64,000 bases of DNA, from NCBI GenBank assembly GCA_047967505.1, contig CM106538.1. The stretch is one strand, 5' to 3'. The translations under genes were made by a program, and so were the position numbers. Of this stretch, positions 52,861 through 64,000 are shown piece by piece. The stretch comes from Dipteris shenzhenensis (taxonomy: Eukaryota). Position 1 is the first letter of the stretch. Every line of letters begins with the position of its first letter. The notes beneath the pieces were generated by a model, which worked only from the letters and a program-made list of their open reading frames with translations, was not told where the DNA came from and did not search any database.

Positions 52861-53584
52861 CAAATTTCAACCATCAGGCTACTTAAAACATTTAAGTACT
52901 AACATGAAAGCAAGTCGATACAAAATCAGGTATTACGAGCACCATGAGAAAGTCCACCAGTCCAAGAAATGTTTGCAAGATTTTTATTTTTTCAAAATAC
53001 GACTTTTTGCGGCTCAAGGAAATTCCAGACTCCCAACTATCTTATCAGCCTCTCTATAGCAAGCATCTCCCAACTCTTTAGGCCAGTCTGATGCACTAGT
53101 AGACCTCTTCACACACTCGAATTAGCTTGCTTGACTCTGTTGACTTGTACACCCATAGTAACTCATCCTTTCATTGAAGGTCCTCTTCATCCTGGTCTTT
53201 GCGCTCTATACATCTTCGCACCTCTATCATGTCCTGCCAAAAGAAACCTACATCATGAGCTTGACAAGTACCTTAAAGGAGTAGGAAAAACAATAGCCAA
53301 GGAAATTAATATTCACCTCTTTGCCAACTCCAAGTAATACACCCACCACAACTGAAGCCTGTTCTCCTTGCAGCTAGTTTCCTCCTTCTTCTCCGGGTCT
53401 GTTTCTATGAGGATGTCATCCAACATCGTTTTCAAAGAGAACAAAAGCATTCCAAAGTTTTTTGGGTATGCCAAATATTCATTTTAGGTGGATCAGTGTA
53501 CTGACTTTGGATCGGTGTACAAAGTTTTGGGGCTAGATCTCATAATGAGCTCTTAGTTGTGTCTGCACTGTACTTAAATAGGGA

Positions 53585-53825
53585 GAGAGTTCATTGAGCC
53601 CGACCTTCTCAATCTTCAGTCTCATGTTAGTTTGGTAATTGAAATCTTTGAGTTCATTGAGCCTGACCTTCTCATTCTTCAGTCTCATGTTAGTTGTCTA
53701 ATCAAAATCTTTTGTCTCACATTAGTTGTCTAATTGAAATCTTTCATCTCGCATTAGTGGACTAATCAAAATCTTTAAGTCTCACATTAGTGATCTAATC
53801 GAAATCTTTTGTCTCACATTATGGT
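53585..53825. repeat. Tandem ~33-bp repeats 3' of the Gypsy element
   Basis: GTCTCACATTAGT..CTAATCAAAATCTTT recurs about 7 times. Confidence 0.8.
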
Positions 53826-53989
53826 CCTTAGTGTGGATCAAAGGACACTATCTAGTCACATAGCTGAGAAAACATTGCCCAAGTAAACTCTAGGGAAGAT
53901 TAACAATTCAATAGATTACACACAGATTACATATCAAAGACTCCTTTCCTTTAGATTACATCTCAAGGACTCCTTGTTGAGCTCCCTAA

Positions 53990-54633
53990 TTGTAGGCTCG
54001 GCCCTCCTTGCTCCTTTCTAGAATGGGGTTGGTTCCTTCTTGCGGGGGCCCGGCCCCTCCCTTCATGCTGCTTCCTCTTTCCTTGATTTGAGGTTCCTGG
54101 TTGAGGCTCAGCCCTTCTTGCTCCTTAAATCCTAAAGGGGGATGGTTCCTCCCTTCAGGCTTCTTTTCCCTTCAGGCTCGCGGTCTTGGCCTTCTTCAAT
54201 TTGAGCTCCTTGTCTTTTGTATCTTTTGTCCAAATGGCAAATTGAACTGTAGCATCTACTTTCTCGTCGTAGATAGCTGTAGCAGGCAGGCACATTTGGT
54301 CCTTCCATGACCTGGGAAATGGCAAATGGAATTCTCTACAGCTAGATTTTGTATGCACAAACACCCCAAAGCAAAAATCTTGCACATGGTGGTAGCACGT
54401 AGGCCATCAGATACAACAGTCATCTATGATGGGGGTATGGCAGACCATGCATTTTGGACCCTGCTGCATAGAAGGATAGGCATCCAATTTAACTATTGTG
54501 GCCATCAATACCACAGTCTTGCTATGTACATGATGAAGTTGCTTCTTGATTTCTTCCTCCCTCGTCCTCAGGCTACGGATGTTCTCCTTCATCTCCTCCA
54601 CTTTTTGCTCACTCTATGCAGCAGCTTCATCTG
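53990..54633 (-). pseudogene. Extra ORF downstream of the Gypsy integrase: coiled-coil plus degenerate RING finger
   Basis: ORFs 54601-54407 and 54385-54155 share one frame: CMVC-x14-CYHHVQDFC-x10-CREF. Confidence 0.5.
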
Positions 54634-54639
54634 AATCCC

Positions 54640-57600
54640 TGAGCATCTACTAAAGCAAGATTGCCCTCCATGAGGTCCTTGTTCTGGAGGTTGCGATCGA
54701 GCCATTTTTTGCATCACGCCTTCTCCACTCGGAGGCAGTAGGCTGCATGCAACCTCGTCTCATCCAGATTTTCAAGGTCAATCAAGCATTCTGCCAAGGC
54801 ATTCTCAATGAGCGTCTCCTTGACTATAAGGTAGAGGCTAGGTACTACATACTCCATTGGAATAACTGCCTCCACTCCAAAGGCTAGGCTAAAGGGGTTG
54901 TAGTCCATGGCCACTTTAGAAGATGTTCAGTAGGCCCACAAGGCTGCGAGATGAGCTTATGCTCCCAGTCGATACGACTGGCCTCCACCGTGCAAGTTAT
55001 AATCTTGCAGTAAGTTTTATTCAAGCTCTCAGCCACCAAGCCATTCACCCACCCTGGGATAGTATGGCATTGATTTCCTATGTATAATCATGAATTCAAT
55101 GGTCAGGATCGCTATAGTTTCATTGAAGAAATGAGTTCCCTAGTTGTTGACTAGCTCTAATGGACATTCAAACCCGTGATAACTTGCTCGTATAAGAACT
55201 TAGTGGTGGATCTCACATTGGCCTTCCTGGTGGCTCTCCCTTCTACACACTTGGTGAAGTAATCTATTTCCAAAATAATGTATCTGGCCCATGTTCCCTT
55301 AGTTGCTGGGCTTACTATGCTGATAAAATCTATGCCCCATTTCTCAAAGGGCTAGCCAGTTAATATTCATGTTAAGGGCATCATGTCCATGTTATGTGGG
55401 ATTTGCACACGCTGGTAGGGGTCACACTGCTTGACAAATTTAGATGGGTCTCTAAAGAGAGTCGACCACCAAAGGACAACTTGTAGCACTTACGTGCCAT
55501 AAGGTCAGCTGGAAAAATACCCTCCCGCAATCCCAGAGTGGGTTTCTTCGAGCACATTGATGTATTCGTGCTCACACATGCATCTATGCATGATGCCATC
55601 CTTGCCCATGTGGTATAGTTGGCCTACAATTAGATGATACGGTGCTATGTCCTTGATGAGGGCTTTATCTAGAGGAAACCCATTGGCTAGGTAGTGGCCG
55701 ATTTTGGCGGCCCACTCACGGATGATGTCGATGAGGAATAGGGAAGCATTAGGAACCTCACCTTTGATTCCTATTGGAGCTTTTCCATTTGGGATCGAGA
55801 TGTGGTTGGCTAGGACATGGGTCTTCCCTTTATGCATAGCGACTGTGAAGTAAAACTCCAAGAGTATTATCATCCACCTGGTGATGCATCCCGTCATGCA
55901 TCATGGCTTGTTGACCAAGTACAATAGTGCTTGGTGGTCCACAAAGAAGACAAACTTGTTGTCCTACATGTAATGCCTCAACTTCTTGACTGCATAGACC
56001 ATGGCCAAGCCCTCTCTCTCTATTGTTGTGTAGTTGACCTCGACATCGTTCAATTGCCAACTCACAAAGTTCATTGGGTAGTCCAAGTTATACTTCCTTG
56101 GTTGGGATAACACACACCCGATAGAAAAATTGGAGGCATCTATGTGAACGTGGAATATTAGATTCCAATCTGAGGCTCGTAATACCGGTGCGATGGCTAG
56201 GGCTAGTTTGTAAGGTTTTGAAGGATTTCTGACATTCCTCGATCCACTCAAATACTACTAATAGTTTGTATAGTGGTTGAGCTATGTCCACATAGAATAG
56301 AATGAACCATTGATAATAGCCCATGTGGCCGGTGAATAGTTGCACTCCCTTGGCATTTGTGGGGGGTGGTAATTCCAAAATGATCTTGATTTTGTTATGG
56401 TCCATGCAGATACTATTCTGAGACACTATGTGGCCAAGAATTATGCCATGTTTAACCCAAAATTGGTAGTTGAGGGGATTCAACGATATACAGTACAATT
56501 GGCACTTTTCTAGAACTAGTCTCAGGTATTTCAGGTGATCATACCACGTCGAGCTCCTGCATATGTCATCCAAGAAGACCTCCATGAAGTCCCTTAGATA
56601 CTCCATGAAGAAGGTCATCATCAACCATTGGAATGTGGTGGGACATTGGCCAACCCAAATACCATTACTCTAGCTACATACACACCCCATTCGATCGCAA
56701 AGGCCGTTATGTGTTGATCCTACGTTGTTTATGATGATCCGCTGGTGTGCCCAGAGATTAGTAAAATCACTTATGCTAGTACCATGCTGTGAGCCACCAT
56801 TGATGCAATTGGCAAATGCTGCAATGATGCCAAGTGAAGCACGGAAGGTGCAGTTTGTAGAGCCGGTTGTCCAATCAAAGGCAAAAACTCAAGCCAAGTT
56901 CAAGCTACACTTACCAAGGAATGGTCCGAAGGTGGTCGAAGCAACTCCGCTGTTGGTCGCAAACTAAGCCAAGAGGCGGGAAAATTCTCCATAAAGGGAG
57001 CCACGGTTGGAGTGCATTCTAGAGGCACCGATCCAAATTTCATTGGGAAGATTTCTTAACCTGATTCTGGGATTCCACTAGCAATTGTTGCATTCCTTGT
57101 ACACGGAGTCTGAACTAGAAGAGGTGGAGCTATGTCAAGCTGATTCATGCCCAGTACCAACAGTCCCTCTGACCTGACATGAGAATTCCAGTTATATCTG
57201 CAAAGGCACAAGGGCAAACTTTTGCTCACATGCTGGTAGATGGCGGTTCGGGGGTCAATATCATCACTTTGAAGACCTCAAACTTTTGCTCACATGCTGG
57301 TAGATGGCGGTTCGGGGGTCAATATCATCACTTTGAAGACCTGCCAAGAAATGGGATGGATGTCTAGGGAGTCGGCACCATTCTTAGTCCACATGGCTGA
57401 TCAATGCCGCGTTCGATGTGTACCATCGAAGTGCTGGGCATTTTCCAGGACATATTTTGCCACTCCGCATGTTGCCAATCCCATTCCTGAGCCTCCAGGC
57501 ATTCATTCCGCCAATGGCCCTTGCTTAAGCAAAATAGGCTGGTTTTTGATTGATTTTGACCACAATCCCCACCTCCACGTCCACGTTTGTAGGCCACTGC

Positions 57601-57760
57601 TGCCTCCGCCTCATTGGAATGTTTGTTGATGCGACTGAAACGCTTGCTGCTATGGCTCTTCTTGCACAAAAGACGCAGTTGCATCTTGCTGTGCTGACCT
57701 TTTGAGCTTTCTTCCGAGCTAGTCACATCTGTGTTATCATCACTATCATCTGACTTCTTA
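54640..57760 (-). mobile_element. Decayed Ty3/Gypsy gag-pol with an internal inversion
   Basis: FLDDI (RT), HIDASNF/NYTTIEREGLA (RNase H), WGIDF and PFSLAFGVEA (integrase), CLSKGHWRNEC knuckle; protease LVDGGSGVNII lies on the plus strand within ~56724-57416. Confidence 0.9.
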
Positions 57761-58444
57761 TAAACACTATATTAGAGAATTTGGGAAAATCCCAATTCCC
57801 ACAAAATAAAATATAGTCACTTCAAAAGTAAAATTTGATGTTTTTTATTGAAACATTAGCTCCATTGAGGACCATGCACAATACTTTCCCAATTAAACCC
57901 AAGCAAAAATCTTCCATATGTTGCTATGGCAAAAGGCCTTAATAGATGTGAACATGGCTCCATGGCCAAAAAATTTGTTGATTTGCTAGTGAAAGAAAGA
58001 TTTTTGTTGTTTGTATGCATCAAAACCACAAACAAAAGCCAATTTATAGATGTTGCGTTAGGAAGATTCATTGGAGTAAATTAAATTGCAGTATTGATAT
58101 ATGCAATAGGATTGTTATAGATCTTTGACATCCATCATATAATTGTGGTCTTCAAAAACAAAATTAAACTTGCAACAACTGTTAATTTTTATTTGGTATA
58201 TAAGATGTATCAAATTAATGTCAAATGCATATGTTTCTATGTTGGTAAATTGCAGTATTGACATATGCCAATAGGATTATGGTAGAGCTTTGACATCCAT
58301 CATATAAATGTGGTGTTCAAAAACACCGTTCCATCACAATAGAGCTCATGAAACTCTCCATCACAATAGAGCTATAATCAAAACCATTGACACATTAGCC
58401 AATTTTGCACCACATCGTTTAACATAATCATTAACAATTCCATA

Positions 58445-59113
58445 CTAGTATTCATACTCACAAAGTAGCTCATCTCCAAAGGAGATATCCTTTATGGTTT
58501 GCACAATAATGTAGCCATGGGCACTCAAATTTCCTTGTGACTTTTGAGCCCAAGGTGGTAGTTTAGGGATGTATACAAATATAACATTTGTTCTTTCTTT
58601 ATAATACATTGAGCTATTTATATATCCAGCAATGTTTCCATACAATACATCTCCCACAATACATTTCACATCTGTCAATGGCTCAATGAATGGATCTTCA
58701 AACATTCCATAAGTCTCCATCCTTGGGAAAAACTTGAGGAGAGATCTCCAAGTATCATAATCATACTTTGGACCATTATATACCATCAAATCTTGTTTTT
58801 TCTTGATGCTCGTATGTACAAAAAGACCATATCCTGCCCCAGGTATTGTTGATTTCTTTACTTCATAATGGATGCCATCCATTTCGAACACGCGCTCAAT
58901 GGGTATGGGCAATTTATGTTTCCATAAGCCATTGGATGCAGGATCAAAATTTGTAATAAGATAGCTCTTCAACTTTTCAGGACAATCTGCAACACCTATC
59001 ATATGTTTAAAATCAAAGAATCATTCTTTTAGTGGAGGAATACAAACTCACATCACAAAGCACATAGCATTTTTTGGACAAGGTACTGACTCAATGTCTA
59101 TTAATTCTTTCAT
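58445..59113 (-). pseudogene. SET-domain protein
   Basis: YEVKKSTIPGAGYGLF, GNIAGYINSS, TIKDISFGDELLCEY; 59002-58445 open; frame extends upstream through two TGA codons. Confidence 0.85.
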
Positions 59114-59249
59114 AAAACAAATTGAAACATAATGTTTTGCTAATCAAATCTAACCAAATAGTGTCCAAATATAAATCAGAATGTAGGTACAAATGTTTTA
59201 GTTGAGCATTTGTGTCTACAACTCTAATTAACAAGATCACTCACATTCC

Positions 59250-60538
59250 CTAAGGGTTGTCTATGCAATAAAATTGAATCAAGTTGGCTAAGAATGCCCT
59301 TGCAGCATCAGCAGTGATTCCCCTTTCCTTGCATCCAAGAACCATAGCAAAGCGTTTTGCCTCACTATCTTTCAATGGCCCCATTTTGGCAATTTTTCCT
59401 AGCATGCATTCTTCCTCTTCATTCAATGTAACATGTTGAGCATGCACCATACTTCTTGTAGTAGGACAAGTCCCTCTCACTCTAGTTTTGGTTATAGGTG
59501 AAGTAATACCTTTCTCTGTGTCTTTTTTTGAACTACGAGTAGACATATGAGATTCGACATTCATCCTTTCGAGAACTTCTTTGTTTTTTTCTTTGAATTC
59601 AAGGATCACTGGTTGAAAATAATAGAACATATCATGCCCTTCGACAATCGGAGCTTGACCAAATCTGTTAGAAGAGATGGCACTGCGCACATCTACTGCA
59701 TCATCTAGCATCTGTAGGTAGGGTAATAACTCATGAAGCAAAATAGAATCACCACAATCTATATCAAATTTTGTAGGGAAAATGCAATTTTCTGCTGGAT
59801 TAACACAACCCGTGTAAGGCGAAACATCAATGAACACTGTTCTTGCTGGTTTGCATTCCTCTTTAAAACAACACCACACTCTCATTAATGGTTTAAACTC
59901 CGCTTCCACATTCATCCTGTCTGGTCGAATGATTCTACTCTTTGTATGCTTGTGGCATGCCATCGCACCCCAAACCATGAAGAAATGTAACTTTCTGTTA
60001 ACATGATGCTCCAAAGTGTCTAGCATGTGTTGCACCATGCCCTTTTCTCCTGCAGTGGACCAAATGCCAACATGGTAGTGATCGAGCAACCATTGTAGAA
60101 ACTCTAAACACCTAGGACGGAGAACAAGCCAATGCTTCCCATTGTGCAAGCTCATATGTTTATTTGACTTTGAAAAACAACGCTCGAGCAATAACCCTTT
60201 CAAATCTATTATCACCGCTAGTCTTATTTTTGTTATCACCTCTTTTGACATTATTTCTGAGGGTGACATTATGTCTTCTCCTTTACCTTTTAAGATTTCT
60301 TCCTACACCTTGGCTTCATACAATGACATTGCATCTTCTCCTTTACCTTCTAAGCTTGCATTCACATTTGTCAATGGAACATTAACTGCAGACATTGCAT
60401 CCTCAACATTTTCAATCAACCATGTTGAGCTTGGAACTTGCATGCTAATGTTCAAATTAGGCACATAATGAATCATTGGATCAGGTGTCACATGTACAGG
60501 CAATGCTTCTAGCGATGTGAAATTGAGATGGCCAATAT
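59250..60538 (-). CDS. FCP1/SCP-like (NIF) HAD phosphatase-domain exon, one upstream in-frame stop at 60303-60305
   Basis: AVIIDLKGLLL, LRPRCLEFLQWL...VGIWSTA, KPL..VW, TVFIDVSPY..CVNP..NCIFP. Confidence 0.8.
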
Positions 60539-61243
60539 CTGTTGATAAACAAGGAAATGAAATTCATAAGTAGAAACAGACTGAATATTGAGATGGAAAA
60601 CCAAATTGTCAAACTTTAGGTTGTGTGCTCTCAATGCAATTTGTTTGTGTGAAAGCATTCATGATTTTCTTTTTCAAAACAAAATTGAAATACTAAAAAA
60701 AAGAAAGCATTCATGTTCATATGCTTAGTATACCCCCTAAAGTTGTTGAATCTATACCCTTTCAAGTTATTTTAATCCCCAAAACTACATATCCTTACAA
60801 TGCCAAAAACCTTTGCATAATAGATAGAGTGGAGTCCAACATTATCTAGCATTGCCCGAGTGTTCCCACTAAGAAAAGATTTGGCCAAGCGGCCAAAACA
60901 TATTTGAGCATTCATATGAAGTGAATAAGGATAGAAACAACAATTTACACTAATTCATTCATCATGATCAAGACTCAACACACTCTTTAACATTTATGAA
61001 CTCATAAATAAATTTGGATGTGTATCACACTCCAAAGGTATTACAACATGCAAACACATCTTTTCATGAAATATAGAAAATTAAACATATTCAAGAATAC
61101 ATATGAATGTTTGAATTATGGCAATGAGATAGAATGAATTTCCAAGTAATATTAAAAGATCTTTGGAACAAAATTAATACATCATATGGATAATATAGCA
61201 AGATAACATATGGAAAACACGAACACCATATAAAAGGACAATT

Positions 61244-63950
61244 TCAAGGACCTGTTGCTTCCTCTTCTGTTTCCCAAAACTTTGAAGCATGTTTTTGTAA
61301 ATGCTCATGCTGCTCTTCATTGAAGGGTTGAAGCTCTTTTTGTCCTGGTATGGTATCAATTTCTTTATCCCCTCCACCTTCAATTGTATCATCTTCTTTT
61401 GATACCCCCTCTATTGCCAATATTGGTTCTTGCAAGCCAGCCCATTGTCGAATTTCATGATTACTGTAAGCATACGTGCAACATATACTTTCAACCTTTG
61501 CCAACTCCTCATAAGTCTCAACAACTGAAACAACACGCCTCTTACAAGAAAGAGACTCTATTGCAGCAAGCCCCTCAGAGAAAAAGTCCAATACATACTC
61601 ATCTTCTCGACAGAAACCCATGATCATGTCTTTCATGATACTTGAACGTTTTCTTTTCAAGGATAATTCAATGTCAAATTCATCATCATCCTCCTCGTCA
61701 TCATCATCCTCATCACCTAATTCTTTTGCACCACTTGATTTTTCATATTTTTCATCTGCAACATATATTGATGGCTTACATTGTGCATTGGTATAGCGCT
61801 CAATATCGTTGAAATGCTTTTCCTTGCTTACCAGTACACAGGCAATTAAGCCATCCATAGATCCAGTGACAAATATATCTGTAGTTTCAAAATTAAGGCA
61901 ACCGAAGTGTATTTTATATTGCCCGCATGTCTTATTTAATGCATTCTTCAAACATGATACATGATCCATGGTCAAGAACACCACAAGAAGGAATTGCACT
62001 GGGGGAGAAGCGATTGTCATCAAGCTTTTCAACAAACACTCAAAGTGATCCTCATTCCAATTTCTACTTCTGCTTGGTCCATACATTACATCCAAAAAGG
62101 CAACCCCTATTGCCATTGGCTCTTGGTACACATTATGTATAAATTCCATTCCCTCCATGTTTGAACCGACTGTGTAGAACCTCCAAGGCCGGGTGGAATT
62201 CGGTCCATGACTTGCACCTTCACTTTGTCCCATAATCCACCTCAGATACCCCTTTGCAGCATCAGGCAATGGTGGAGTTTCCTTGCCCTGTTGAAGCTTC
62301 ACTTTTAACCATGAGTCAGAGCAACCACGAATCCGATGATACAATTCTGGAGTAATTTTAAAATGTAATCTGCACTCATCCCAATTTTTTAACATTAAAG
62401 AAGGCCGTTCTGCCGATATAAACATATAAAGTTCTTCTTGTAGTGCAGCATCTCTCTTGATTTGCATAGCTCGTCCTTCAATATCAAGAATCATGGCATC
62501 AGTCTTTGTTTTAGCTATGACTACTCTACCTTCCTTAATGTCATTTTGAATTTGACCAATTTGATCATCACTCAATCCACGCAAGCATCTAAACATTGAG
62601 ACTGTGGGTTGCCTACGGCATTTTCCATCTTGTGAATATTTGCCTGCAATGTAATCCTCAAGGATGGAGATCCAACCATCATAAATGGCATCGCTTGTGA
62701 TTATCATATGTACATCCTTCGTGGCAAAGCTATTGCCCAATGTTACCTTGCCAGTGTCAATGAAAGCCTGCAAAATATATGCATCCATTAGAATGCAATA
62801 ATTAAGAAAACCGACTTGTAAAAAATGATTCATAATTAAAATCTGTACTTACATCCCAATTCTCACGATCTGGATGTCCTTTTGCAAGCCCTTGTTGTGC
62901 TTTCTTGGGTTTGTTAAAGAGAATCCATTGTCCCCTCACCTGCTTAAGTATATCAATGTATGGAGATTGTCTCAAGATATTTTGAGACTCCAGGTTTGCC
63001 ATCTTTGATATCTCCACACAAAAGCGTGCAGGACAATTCACTACAATCCTCGCCTGGCGGGTGCGGTAGTAGTTCTTTCTTTGGGCCGTGCTGTTATCAT
63101 CATTAGATGTGAATATTTTAGCAGCATATATTGAATGTTGTCCAGACAGTATCCAGTAGTGGCACTTGGTTAAATCCTTTTTATCTACCCTTTCCAGGGG
63201 CTGCTTTGTTTCAGGATTGAAAGGCATTAAATCCGCTACAGCAGCAGGAGGCCTAGAGTTATAACCGAAGTCTGTAGCAAGCTTCTCCACATGCTCTTTG
63301 TTCAACCCTCTATATACATAGCTTGGAGGAGCTTTTTGACATCTTGCAACTGGAATTGAAAATATTGCATGCAACCCGAATGGGTAGTATTTTTCATATT
63401 CCACCAAGCCTGATGGTTTCTTTTGCCCTTTTTTTCCTATGACCTTTCCACTTGGCTCCAATTCACTCTCGGGGGGGTCACTATGTATAAACCCTCAATA
63501 TCACGTCGTGCGTTCAAGGCCTATATTTAAAATCCCTTATCTGTAAAAGATTTTGTTAATAAAATGTACCCATTTTCTATACAAATCTATAAATTTTTCC
63601 CAAAACTATTTTAAATAGTCCCTTATGTATATTTATTTCTGTAAATCTTAGAAATAAAAAATATCCTTCTGTTGAACTCACGTGATAGGGTTACATATGA
63701 TGAGTGACCCCCCCGAGAATTCACTACCACTGCTTCTTTCCACAACTGCTAGCATGCCCTCTGGAGGTGTTCCTTCTTGTGGTACATCAACTATAGTTAG
63801 CTTTCCTTTCTTTGCCCCTTCTCTGCTACCACCTGGTGCTTGAACCATAGTTGATTTACCTTTCTTTGTTCCTTCCCCACTATCTTCCCCACTCTTACGC
63901 TTCTTTAATGTTGCTGAAACTTTTCGATATGATTCAATGATTGTTGTCAT
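61244..63950 (-). CDS. ParB-like domain fused to degenerate N4/N6 amino-DNA-methyltransferase-like domain; MITE-disrupted
   Basis: YRGLNKEHVEKL...YWILSGQHSIYAAK; FLDVMYG and KRSSIMKDMIMGFCREDEYVLDFFSEG; phase-0 intron 62852-62768; removing the MITE restores the frame. Confidence 0.65.
63468..63717 (-). mobile_element. MITE, copy 4
   Basis: Same TIRs in reverse orientation; 8-bp TSD AATTCACT (63460-63467, 63718-63725). Confidence 0.95.
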
Positions 63951-64000
63951 TGTGTGAATTTCATTTCCATCAATTGATTCAACACTTATCTAGCCTCTTG

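Noticed and set aside
49250-53825. CRISPR-like arrays
   Set aside because: Repeats are degenerate with irregular, mutually similar spacers; eukaryotic context; no cas genes
61244-63950. Bacterial contamination or a restriction-modification/partition operon
   Set aside because: Phase-matched GT-AG introns and an insertion of the locally abundant MITE show it is resident nuclear DNA

Overview
Eukaryotic land-plant DNA (probably a large-genome, fern-like plant; this is an inference from GT-AG introns, the R2R3-MYB gene and the TE types). The window is almost entirely nested, decayed transposable elements around one apparently intact host gene, a 3-exon R2R3-MYB (39051-40198, minus). Retroelements: three Copia elements, two Gypsy remnants and two gag-only (TR-GAG-like) LTR elements. 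DNA transposons: a ~250-bp MITE family with CTCGGGGGGGTCACT termini and 8-bp TSDs (4 full copies, 1 partial) and two intron-containing DFAENY/SDG/HGKG (Sola2-like) transposases. Two features stand out. (1) A multi-gene unit with a RAG1/Transib/Chapaev-like transposase next to a divergent histone-H3-fold gene with a long repetitive tail; the unit occurs head-to-tail with a ~100-bp palindromic junction. (2) At the right end, a largely open spliced locus with ParB-like, degenerate amino-DNA-methyltransferase-like and FCP1-like phosphatase domains, followed by a SET-domain ORF. A ~24-kb inversion (4531-28386) can be reconstructed from a split Copia whose TGCAT TSDs match. All family assignments come from motif recognition by eye; no searches were run.
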